Made by a program: the position numbers and the translations under genes. The notes below the pieces were generated by a model. It was not told the DNA's origin and searched no databases. It was given only the letters and a program-made list of their open reading frames with translations. From Nemertoderma westbladi (Eukaryota > Animalia > Xenacoelomorpha), in assembly GCA_032718475.1 (NCBI GenBank), contig JAUCBJ010004614.1, positions 1-64,000 on the forward strand: 64,000 nucleotides of DNA. Reading direction: 5' to 3'. Shown one piece after another: positions 50,422 through 61,047 of this stretch. Numbering within the stretch: position 1 is the first letter of the stretch; each line of letters begins with the position of its first letter.

Positions 50422-51579
50422 AAATAAAAAAAGTAGCATATTACTATGACTATAACTATTAGAAAGTAGCATAAATGTAGAATTTTAATTAAAAAAATAC
50501 AGCACGTCAATTATACAATTCAATAATAATTGATTAATTTGTTCTAGTCCCTCTGGTGTATAAAAAATCAATAGACTTTAACTCTAAAGGTAATATATCT
50601 GTTATAATAAAGATCCGTCAAAACCATAGGGCCACTATTTTTTATGTCATGGTTTTATGTAATAAAAACTTAATAATACGGTATTTGACTGCAAGCACAA
50701 AGAGGATCATCTGCATTAATGATATCAAATAGCTCCAATAAAAATTTCGATACCAAAATTGAATTACAAAGTTTTTAAATCACACTTACTAATTTTTTTA
50801 CAACTTTGTCTCAGATAAGCCACCATCTTGGTTCAAATACCTACAAGTTAGTCATGGAATCAAAGATATATAAAATTATATATTAAAATATACATAAGTT
50901 TAGAAATGAATAAAAACGGTGTAGAAAAGTCTAACAAAGCATTTTCTGAAAAGATCTGAGTTCTAGAATGTGTTTTTGATGTGTAAATTACACAAAAATT
51001 ACCAGAAAAATTAGGTGGCCCTGTGGTCGTTTTGTGTTATGTACTTTTCCTATAGAAATGTATTGCAAACGAATATCCAACAAGATATATATAATGGTCA
51101 TTATATTGGAGCCGTGTAATTTTTTGCATCGGATTTTTCTAACAATTAATAGATATTATTAATAACATGCTTCTCTTGTTCTATTATTATTCGATAGTTA
51201 ATGTACTAGTTTATATCTTAATTATTAAGGAGTGGCCCTATGGCCCCCAGTTGGAGTTATATATATATATAATCATAATCATTCTGCCATTATAATATTA
51301 AATTCAAAATTTCCAAATATCAACCAATCAATATGCAATAATTTACATACGTTGATAGGCCTAACTGCCTAAACAGCTAAATACTGAAATATGCTGTAAC
51401 CTACCTACCTACTGAACTGACCTACCCATACTGCCATATAAGCCTACCGTTCCGTCAGTCTGAAAGTTATATAGCCTAGATCTGTAGACTGGTAGACTGG
51501 ATGACTAGCCTAAAAGGCTGTAGGCCTACGGTCAGACGGTAGGCCCCTAACTACTGAACTAATCCTATAATATTCTGAT

Positions 51580-52447
51580 TATAAAGGACATCGCCCGCCT
51601 CCTATCCTAACTAATTTCAAATTTGTCTGTCTGTCTGCATTTGGCTGTTTGGGTTGGTTTGGGAATTCTAATTATACAGTAAAAGAAAAAGACGAACAAT
51701 CCAACTGTCTGACGAGTGCAAGGTCCAGGATATAATCCACCTAATCTAATTATAACCGAAAAGCTAGGACCTTGACGCTATTCCGGCTAGATAAGGCTTT
51801 AGTCCACTACAGTACTGGATGATAGATTGGTAAAAGATAAATATATGATAACATAATAATATACTTGCATTTATTTTATTTACAGAGTTAGGTATGGTAC
51901 CGTTACATTACATATAATAATAAATCAACTAATCTAGGGTATTGATAAATGACTAAATAATGACTGAATGAGATTAATATTATCGGGCAGTTAATAACAG
52001 AATAATACCGTATACTTCTGTCTGTTCTTTATGAAATAGTTACCGGTCCCACACTGTCTTAGGTAATAGTATGCCCTACAATATTAGGCTATATTACAGG
52101 GTATGCAAGCAAAATCTATATCTACGTCTAACTATCTAACCATCTAACATCAGAATATTAGTGGGAAAATCCGCACATGTCAGACATGGTGAGTTGAGAC
52201 TGCCAGACTGCAGACAGCTTACTGCTGTTGTACTAACTAGCTATTTTACAGCTGTCAGTCAGACTGTTGACTGCATTCTGGTCACGTGGTCAGCTCACGG
52301 TCGATTCTTACTAATTAAATAATGAAAGTAATTATGTATACTGTATTTATTGCTGCGAACTGAAATGTATTATACTGTAGGTTGATTATTTTATACTTAT
52401 ACTATATTATATTAAAATATTTGAGTTACGAGGAGATGGTGAACACA
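51580..52447 (-). repeat. BEL/Pao 5' LTR
   Basis: Matches 31428-32287; followed on the plus strand by TSD AACAC. Confidence 0.95.
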
Positions 52448-52939
52448 AACACAGAGCCTTGGCTTTTTGTTTTTGATGGCACTCAATGTTAGTGGGTTTA
52501 CAACAATAAGGGAAGATGATGTTGTTATCTTGGGTACATTGATGAAGGGGCCTTCGATGAAGCCAGATTTAATTTCTTTGGTCAGTAACTCGTCTACTTG
52601 TAGTGCATTATCAAGTGCGGACTTATTATTTTCACGGAATATCAATTTATCTCTGGGACCATTGTAACCTATGTTGACACCATTGGTTAACTGTGTGAGC
52701 AATTCTGCCACAAGTTGTTGATCAGGGTAATATTGCAAATCCTTCCTTAAATTTTCTATGTGAATCGGGGTTGTTGGTTCTTTGTTTATCATATATTCTA
52801 CTGAATGAATCGGTAAATCTAGGAATTCCTGCAATGTAGCTGCGGGTAATGTTGACGGTGTTGAGAGGGTTAAGAATTCACCACATGTTCTTGCATGATC
52901 ATAAGGATATAACCTTTGTGCTGTGTCTAAGGTTGTCAT
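52448..52939 (-). CDS. YR-retrotransposon Pol, N-terminal part
   Basis: TPIHIENL..L..YPD...GVNIGY.G...NNKSA..EIKSGFIEGPF. Removing the BEL element and one AACAC restores KPRLCV|DCSHNLKGTINSFI in frame with 31422. Confidence 0.9.
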
Positions 52940-53202
52940 GATCGGAGCTCTGTTTGGGATATCTGTGTTTATCTCAAAGTATTAACTGAGAGCAAAGAAC
53001 GGTGTCATGTGCTTTATTCTGCAGTTATACTGTTCGTTGATGAATAAATTATAGCGATTATACCGTACTCAGCTAGTTATATCTAACCAACGAGTCAGCA
53101 TAACATTATGATCCATAAGAAAGGGGAAAAAAAAGAAATAAATAGATATAATACCTAGCTTCTGACAACATGCTGCCCTTGTATTAAGAGCATGTTATAT
53201 AA

Positions 53203-53288
53203 TAGGCTCTCATTGAATAAAGGGATCCGGAAATCCGCCTGTAGTCTGTCCTCCCATAAAGGGATCCGGACATCAGCCTGAAGCTGTC
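53203..53288. repeat. Left remnant of the ~45-bp hairpin minisatellite
   Basis: Two degenerate AAAGGGATCCGGA.ATC.GCCTG units; the array is split by the LTR insertion at CTGTC. Confidence 0.8.
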
Positions 53289-53837
53289 TGTGACGGGATC
53301 GATGGATCCCGATTTATCCAGTTTGGGTTTATATACGCGTCCCCGCCGTGTGAGTGAAAAGGGTTGTTGTAAGTCCTTCTGATATTGCTGATACAGTGAT
53401 GCGGTTGATAGTATAATATATACAGAGATAGCACCAGATAATAGAATAGTTGTATAAGTATACTGATGACGGCGGCGACGGTTACAAAGTGTTACCGTCG
53501 TGCCCTAGCTAATCGAACGACTGAGTAAACTGAATAAATAGTAAATAGCTGTCAACTGGTTATATTGCACGGGTTGGCCTTGTTACTGTACCTAGCCGGT
53601 GCCTCCCTCCCATTGGCTAATATCCTACTTGTCACCCTTTGCCCCCCTCTGAAGTGCTTCCCTTCGCCCTTGCTATTCTCTCTCTGTCAGGGGTGTAACC
53701 CCTGACCCCTATTGTGTGTTTCTCCTTCCCACTTTGTTGGGGTGACACGAGGTTGATATTGGTAATCAACCTCGTGCTCCCAATATTGCTTAACGGCTTA
53801 CTTTGTGGGTGTGTTAGCGGAATTGAATAAGCTAACA
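53289..53837 (-). repeat. 3' LTR of the gag-only element
   Basis: Direct repeat of 59126-59676 with scattered differences. Confidence 0.92.
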
Positions 53838-54239
53838 CTCCCCCCCATGCTATCTTCCCGGTAAGAAGATAGCATCCACCTCAAGTGCGCTACAATTCCG
53901 CTGGATCCCGATCTAGTATCGGGTGTGGGGTGGGTCTATTTTCTTTCGGAGCCGGCTTTCCAGGCCGCTCCCTATGGGTATGATGTCACTACCCTCTGGC
54001 GTCTCGTGTCGGGCCGATCGTGCGCTTCTCTCACACAATTTTTGTTTCCCCGCACTCTCACCACTCTCACCCTAACTCTCGCATACTCCCGGACCTCCTC
54101 GTCCCACACTCTTCCTCTCACTTCTCCTCCCCCACACTTGAATTGCGCCCACGCTCTCTTCGCACTCCGCACTATCACCTCTCTACTCTCTGTCACCCCC
54201 TAAGGCCCTAATTTCTAATGCTACCCCTGTGCTATCATA

Positions 54240-55295
54240 CTATCTACCTACTACTTACTTGCTAACTATCTAACTCTCTTACTAACTCTAACTATCTCTC
54301 TAAGCCTACTAACTTTAACTCTACTAAGTCTAACTAACTCCTACTAACTCTCTACTTCTACTAACTCTCTCTAACTCTTACTCGACTCTTCTAACTACGT
54401 GGCGCTTAGCGGTGCCCACAACCACTCTACTATCTGGCACCCTATGTGCCCGTCTCTACTACTCTACTACCTGGCACCCTATGTGCCCTCTCTACTACCT
54501 CTAACTCTCTAACTCTACTACCTGGCACCCTATGTGCCCGTCTCTACTATTCTACTCTCTGGCACCCTATGTGCCCTCTCTACTACTTCTAACACTCTAA
54601 CTCTACTACCTGGCACCCTATGTGCCCTCTCTACAACTCTACTCTATCTACATCTTACTCCCTTTCGTCTACTCGACTGCATGTGACGCTCTGAGTGCCG
54701 GCAGAGTGGGTACGTTAATTATGTGAACTACTACTAACTCTTACTAACTCTACTAACTCTCTACTAACTCTCTACTAACTCAACTAACTCTACTAACTCT
54801 CTACTAACTCAACTAACTCTACTACTAACTTCTTGTGCCCGGCACCTCTTGCGCCCGGCACCCACCCTAATTAACATACCCTGCTCTTACATCAAACACG
54901 TCATCACGTCCGTGCCCCACTAAGTTCAACGCATCCCCTACTAACTCTAACTACGTGGCGCTTGCGGTGCCCACAACCACTCTGCTTACTACTTCCTACG
55001 TGGCGCTTACGGTGCCCACAACCTCTACTGCTACTACTTTCTACGTGGCGCTTATGGTGCCCACAACCCTCTACTGCTACTACTTTCTTTCTAACTAACG
55101 GTACTACGTACCCTCTTACTCTTACTCTCTCTAACTAACGGTACTACGTACCCTCTAACTCTCACTCTCTCTAACTAACGGTACTACGTACCCTCTTACT
55201 CTTACTCTCTCTAACTAACGGTACTACGTACCCTCTAACTCTTACTCTAACTGACTAACGGTACTACTCTCTTACTACCTAACTACTACCTACTT
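54240..55295. repeat. Strand-biased low-complexity and tandem repeats in the 3' UTR of the gag-only element
   Basis: CTAACTCT/CTACT matrix with repeated CTGGCACCCTATGTGCCC, CTACGTGGCGCTT..GGTGCCCACAACC and CTAACTAACGGTACTACGTACCCTCT units. Confidence 0.8.
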
Positions 55296-55323
55296 TATTA
55301 TTTAATTATTTTATTAATTTTAA

Positions 55324-56235
55324 TTAAATAACTATTTTCCGTGGGAAGGGCGTCTCGCCCTCATTCCCACCCCCCTCAGTCCAAAACATTGGACGACTAA
55401 AAACTCTCAGGTGCCCCTTCTTCCAGTAGGCACTCTCCCACTGCCCTCCTATACGTCCTCTAACTCTTCGCCACACTCTCTTCGATACTACCTCTGCTGG
55501 CCTCCCCCTTCGTATGTGCGCTGGCAGTAAAGGCCTCGACGACCCCCGCTCGTACCTCGGTATACACGACGTCCGCCCATGTAATGCCCCCTCGCACTGC
55601 GCCAGTCCTGCGTGCGTACGCAACACGCCTCCTTCTACTTTCCTGGCTCCTCTATGTTTGCTCATGGGCCTCTCTGCCCCTGGTCTAGTCCTTTCACATC
55701 CTCTCCCTTTCCAACACTCTCCGGATCTGTGTCCCTTTACCACACATCGATGACATAGTCCGTTTGCGTCTGTGTAGGCTACACGATCTCGTTTGGGCAA
55801 CGCTTGCCAGTACTTACAACTCCTGGTCTTATGGGTTCCGTCCCGATGTAATTGACATTCGAATCCTGGATTATAGCGTTTCCTGTATAGTCCTTCACGT
55901 ATCGCGCCTAGGTTTATATGTACCGATTTAGTGTTTTGGTTGTCTAGACTCGGCCTACTGGGTATATTGGGATTGTGTTTATTTTTGGTGTTATTTTCTT
56001 TCTGTCCCTGCCACGGTGTGGCCCTGCTACCAGCTAACTGTGGACTAGCAGTCCCCTGTATGGCCGCGTGTGGTAGCGACTGTCCGCACGACCTGTTCTC
56101 GGCCAGGGAGTTCGATGTTCTTGCTCCTATTGGGGTATATTGTCGATATTGTGATGGGGGAATGTCACCCTGTCCCCCCCCCAGGCCGGTATGTTTGGTA
56201 CTGGGGTTGATGTTAATATATTGGGGCCCATACAT
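55324..56235 (-). CDS. Gag-like C-terminal ORF with BEL/Pao-type Cys-His cluster
   Basis: CQLH..GTHKTRSCKYWQAL...R......GLCHRCVVKGHRSGEC.....C. Confidence 0.65.
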   Translation of the reverse strand: MYGPQYININPSTKHTGLGGGQGDIPPSQYRQYTPIGARTSNSLAENRSCGQSLPHAAIQGTASPQLAGSRATPWQGQKENNTKNKHNPNIPSRPSLDNQNTKSVHINLGAIREGLYRKRYNPGFECQLHRDGTHKTRSCKYWQALPKRDRVAYTDANGLCHRCVVKGHRSGECWKGRGCERTRPGAERPMSKHRGARKVEGGVLRTHAGLAQCEGALHGRTSCIPRYERGSSRPLLPAHIRRGRPAEVVSKRVWRRVRGRIGGQWESAYWKKGHLRVFSRPMFWTEGGGNEGETPFPRKIVI

Positions 56236-57237
56236 CTATCTCCAATAACTCTCCCCTCCCCTGGATATATGTTGTGTCCCTGTGTATTATAGTCATGCTG
56301 CCGTACCGATATAGGCCTACCCACTTCTTGCCTACCTACCGGTATGTACTCCGCGGCTTCCGGGTTTAATCCCGTCGTTCGCGCTACCCTGTCGCCTATT
56401 TATCTCTCCCAGCATGGCCTATAATAGTATGCGCAGTAAAGCCTACAGTATGTCCTGCAGTCTGCATGTGCCCTTTTGAACCGAAGTTTATTCTTCTCGA
56501 ATCTCGAATCTCCCCGCGACTACCGCACTCTCGATCGGCAGCTATATCCCGTCGGGAAGCTTCTCTTCAATCCCCTCTCCTGTTCTCGACTTTGCATTGG
56601 TACATCCTGTACCCCTCTCTTGGCGTGCGGCGCGTTTCTCCAGGGCGACGGCAATCTCCCGAAGTTCGACCCCACTGACTCCCTGACTCCATCTCTACTA
56701 TCGACGGTCTGTTATCCGTCCTCGCACTCCTATCGTTCGTGGCGACACTTTTTCTACTATCTTCTCTTCTTCTCTTTTCAGTGCAGTATTCCGGCTCGTG
56801 AGATCTCTCGTCGACCTCCCGGTTAAACTCCACTGTTCTTCTTCCCTCTTCTAATCGGGCTCGACGCTTCGTCTGCCCTCTCGCGACGTCAACCTGCCTC
56901 TCTCTGCTCTATCGCACGCCGCTGGGGATACTCGCAATCCCCCTATTACTCTCCATCGCCGGGTGTTGCGGTTTACCTAGCTCGGCCCGCGCATCATCCG
57001 CCGACGCCTGTGGGACACTCTCTGCCCCCCCCCCTCTCTCTACTAATCTCTCGCGGTGGGGTGTCCATAGCCCCCCCCCCCCCACCCGCCACTTCTAACT
57101 TCACTATCTCTTACTACACTTCTGCGTCCCTCTCGTCGGACATTCTCTACCTCCCCCCTCTCGCCACTAATCTTCCGTGGTGGGGCGCCCGTAGCCCCCC
57201 CCCCCCCACCCGCTACTTCTAACTTCACTACCTCCTA

Positions 57238-59074
57238 CTACACCTCTACACCCCTCTTGTGGGGCATTCTCTCCCCCCCCCCTCTCTCGCCACTAATCTT
57301 CTGTGGTGGGGCGCCTGTAGCCCCCCCCCCCCACTCGCCACATCTAACTTCACTATCTCTTACTTTACTACTACACCCCTCTCTAGTTGACACACTGTCT
57401 CTACTACGGCTGGGTCTATTCACCCCCGCCTCTCTCTCTACTACTGCGTGGCCTATCAGGCCCACCTCGGGTTTGCTCAACCCCGCTACCTCCTGCTTAC
57501 CAACTACGTGGCCTACCAGGCCGCCGTCGGGTTGGTTTAACCCCGCTACTTCCTGCCTACTAACTACGTGGCCTTCCAGGCCGCCGTCTGCCGGGCTATA
57601 CACGTCTGACACGTTCACATTAATAGCACCATTCCCAATATTATTTGTTAAATCAATTAAATTATTAGAATTTGAAACGGGATTATTATTTAAATTAGAA
57701 TTATTTGAATTATTCTGAATATTTGAACTAATATTATTATTTGAATTTAAATTTAAATTTCTGGGTAAAATATTTCCTGTAATAAAGGGATTAGGGTTAT
57801 TTACTACGGTACTATTAATATTAACTATTTCTAATGTACTATTACTACCCCCCCCCCCCGCCCGTACGGCTACACCAGTTCTGGTTCTCTCGCCCGGTGT
57901 ATGTAAGTGGGGTCTCACTCTCTGATAGTTCCAACCGCGCCAGTTCTAGTCGGCGCTGATTCAGTTTGGCTTGATATTGCGTAAGCCTCTCTAGCTGGGC
58001 ACGCAAATCATCCCGCACGTGCTTACTCTCTATCTCTCTCTCTCGTATACTCTGCTCGGTCAACTCTGCCTTTCTCGCAATCGTCTCATACCACCTCGCC
58101 GGCTCGCTCTCTACTCTCATCTCCCGCTCTCTACACTCCTCGGCTCTCTCTCTACACTCCTCGGCTTTCTCTCTATACTCCCTCGCCAACTCTCCTAACC
58201 TCTCTGAAAATGCGGTTTCCTCTCTCAATTGTCTCTCTAACTCATTCTGCTCATTCGCCACCATTTCTAATTTATACGTCAGAATCTCCCGCACCCTTCT
58301 TTCTTTTGCGGAGGATGTAGCAGACTTATCGGTTGCGACGGACTCCCGTCGCCCCTCCGTCCCACCAACTTTCCCCCGCCTCCCGGAACTTCCTCCGACC
58401 GACGAGACCGAATCCTCGGGTTTAACCTCGGATTCGCCCTCCTCAGGTCTCTTCCAACCCACTAATTTTACTCCCCAGGCATCGACTAAGTATGGCCCTA
58501 CGTACACTACGCTAGGTTCCATATCCCCACATTCCCATAGTTCAAACAGTTCGCTGGCAACCCCTTTTGCTCTCTCCTCGGCTAGTTCTCTCTGCCCAAA
58601 ACGCATTAGGTAATCAAAGTGTCTGTTCGACTCACCTAGTCGTTTCCTCAATCTCACCTCGTCTATCTTCGCCCCTCCTTTGGCCTCTCTCAGTTGCTTC
58701 CGGGTCGCGAGGTAGGCTCGTCGGAGCCGGTCGCTGACTCCGACGTCCTCGTCGCCGACATCTCCTCTATCCTTCCGTGTCCGGCGTCGTACCGGCGGCC
58801 CCACCGTCGCCGTTCCGGTGGACCGTCCGTCGTCCTCGGCCTGTGGCTGGCCGGCGACATCGGTACGTCGACCCTCGCTCCGCGTCGACTCGTCTTTCTC
58901 TTTTTCGACTCCCGACTCGTCCTCTCCTTGTAGACGGCCCCCCTCATCTTGGATCGCCGGATCGTTCGTCGACGGATCCGGCGTCGTGGGTTGATACCGT
59001 CTCGCCGTGGCCTCGCGGATCGTTAGATCGTCGTCCGGGGTCCGCGGCGGTGTCGCTTCTCCTTCTCGACTCAT
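57238..59074 (-). CDS. Gag-like N-terminal ORF(s): charged coiled-coil followed by Asn-rich and repeat segment (frameshifted)
   Basis: ORF 57845-59074 starts just inside the 5' LTR boundary region and has PEDSVSSVG and E/R-rich heptads, as in BEL gag N-termini. ORF 57238-57918 overlaps it across a G-run. Confidence 0.6.
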
Positions 59075-59125
59075 CTTTACTTTAGTAGCTGTCAGTCACA
59101 GTCTCGGCAGGCCTAGAGTTGAGAC

Positions 59126-59676
59126 TGTGACGGGATCGATGGATCCCGATTTATCCAGTTTGGGTTTCTATACGCGTCCCCGCCGTGTGAGTGAAAAGGG
59201 TTGTTGTAAGTCCTTCTGATGTTGCTGATACAGTGATGCGGTTGATAGTATAATATATACATGAGATAGCACCAGTATAATAGAACTAGTTGTATAAGTA
59301 TACTGATGACGGCGGCGACGGTTACAAAGTGTCACCGTCGTGCCACTACCTAATCGAACGACTGAGTAAACTGAATGAACTGATTGCTGTCAACTGGTAT
59401 ATATTGCACGGGTTGGCCTTGTTACTGTACCTAGCCGGTGCCTTCCCTCCCATTGGCTAATATCCTACTTGTCACCCTTTGCCCCCCTCTGAAGTGCTTC
59501 CCTTCGCCCTTGCTATTCTCTCTCTGTCAGGGGTGTGGCCCCTGACCCCTATTGTGTGTTTCTCCTTCCCACTTTATTGGGGTGACACGAGGTTGATATT
59601 GGTAATCAACCTCGTGCTCCCAATATTGCTTAACGGCTTACTTTGTGGGGTGTTAGCGGAATTGAATACGCTAACA
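59126..59676 (-). repeat. 5' LTR of the gag-only element
   Basis: Direct repeat of 53289-53837; followed by TSD CTGTC. Confidence 0.92.
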
Positions 59677-60268
59677 CTGTCCTCCCATGAAAGGATCCGG
59701 ACATCCACCTATAGATATTAAGCTCTCCTCCCGTAAAGGGATATGGACATCCACCTATAGATATTACAGTATTAGGCTGTCCTCCCGTAAAGGGATCCGG
59801 ACATAATCCACCTATAGATATTAGGCTGTCCTCCCGTAAAGGGATCCGGACATCCGCCTATAGATATTAGGCTGTCCTCCCGTAAAGGGATCCGGACATC
59901 CGCCTGTATATTGGGCTGTCCTCCCGTAAAGGGATCCGGACATCCGCCTGTAGATATTAGGTTGTCCTCCTGTGAAGGGATCCGGACATCCGCCTGTATA
60001 TTAGGCTGTCCTCCCGTAAAGGGATCCGGACATCCGCCTGTAGATATTAGGCTGTCCTCCCGTGAAGGGATCTGGACATCCGCCTGTATATTAGGCTGTC
60101 CTCCCGTAAAGGGATCCGGACACCCGCCTGTAGATATTAGGCTGTCCTCCCATGAAGGGATCCGGACATCCGCCTGTAGATATTAGGCTGTCCTCCCGTA
60201 AAGGGATCCGGACACCCGCCTGTAAATATTAGGCTGTCCTCCCGTAAAGGGATCCGGACATCCGCCTA
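59677..60268. repeat. ~45-bp hairpin-forming minisatellite (~13 units) in the 5' leader of the YR element
   Basis: AGGCTGTCCTCCCGTAAAGGGATCCGGACATCCGCCT + GTAGATATT/GTATATT spacer, tandemly repeated. Confidence 0.95.
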
Positions 60269-60593
60269 AGCCCATAGGCTGTCTCCCCCTTACTGCCTTA
60301 AGGGATTCGGATAAACAGATAGATGCGTAATTTTACAGATATAACAGCAGTAAAGCCGTTGCCAAAATAATTGCATTATTATTAACATGAGTTTCGGTAT
60401 AATGTACGAATACATATATGCCATACAGTATGTTATATACAAGAACAATGTATTTTATATTTCGCGACTAAAAACTCCTAGTAACTCGTAAGGAGAGAAA
60501 AAAAACCGAAAGACTTCGGAAATAAGAATAATTCTGTAATTAAGTGAAAGATGAAAGTACAGAAGCTTATGTACACCAAAGTATAATATAATG

Positions 60594-61047
60594 AAAAAAA
60601 TTTTTTAGAATGCTATCCAAATATTTCTCCCTTGGTGAAAATATTAACAAACAATAAGTCAGTATAATATTTATAGTATTATGCAATGTTGGAATGAACG
60701 TTTCAGTGAACCCAATATTTGTCAATATACGGTGAGCAGTCAGCTCCATTACTTACACTGCTAGTAACCTACCTGCACCTTGAAGCTCTGATAGGACGTT
60801 GCCTTAGCAACGATATTCTGGCTTTGGGCTTGGCTGCCCAGAGTGATTTACAAACCTGGTTGTTCCTATAGACCATATGCTGATACACAACCTCCAAGGG
60901 AGGGGAAATGGCTCTGGTCCAGGTTGATATACGAGTCTGGTTATTCCTGCCGAGCAAATGCTAATACACACACACCCCTCCAAGGAAGGGAAAATAGTCA
61001 CATAGGATGTCGCTGCAAAACCAATTACCTTTTTCAATTGGGTATTA
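60594..61047 (-). repeat. Split direct repeat A1 (5' end of YR element)
   Basis: Near-identical to 26746-27200; homology stops at GGTATTA. Confidence 0.92.

Larger units (their letters stand above)
42459..51257. mobile_element. TIR DNA element inserted in a (TA)n tract of the BEL leader, enclosing the 16-bp satellite
   Basis: TCCAAC...CCTTAGGGCCACT at left vs AGTGGCCCTATGG...GTTGGA at right; repeated GTGGCCCTATGG subterminal motifs on both sides; (TA)n on both flanks. Confidence 0.65.
31428..52447 (-). mobile_element. Full-length BEL/Pao LTR retrotransposon inserted in the YR element's RT gene
   Basis: Two ~860-bp LTRs; 5-bp TSD AACAC (31423-31427 / 52448-52452); PPT GCGGAGGAG next to the 3' LTR; gag-PR-RT-RH-IN order with BEL-type motifs. 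Confidence 0.95.
53289..59676 (-). mobile_element. Non-autonomous gag-only LTR retroelement (BEL-type zinc fingers), 6.4 kb
   Basis: TG...CA LTRs 53289-53837 and 59126-59676; 5-bp TSD CTGTC; PPT GGGGGGGAG at 53838-53846; no PR, RT, RH or IN motifs. Confidence 0.88.
26585..61047 (-). mobile_element. Tyrosine-recombinase retrotransposon (Ngaro/PAT-like split direct repeats), ~7 kb after removing nested insertions
   Basis: A1 (60594-61047) ... B1 (27293-27357), A2 (26746-27200), B2 (26587-26651); RT, RNase H, Gag-CCHC and YR ORFs all on the minus strand. The flanks rejoin into sequence paralogous to 15340-15620. Confidence 0.88.

Noticed and set aside
59677-60268. CRISPR-like array of palindromic repeats
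   Set aside because: Spacers are 7-9 nt and near-identical rather than unique; no cas genes; eukaryotic context.
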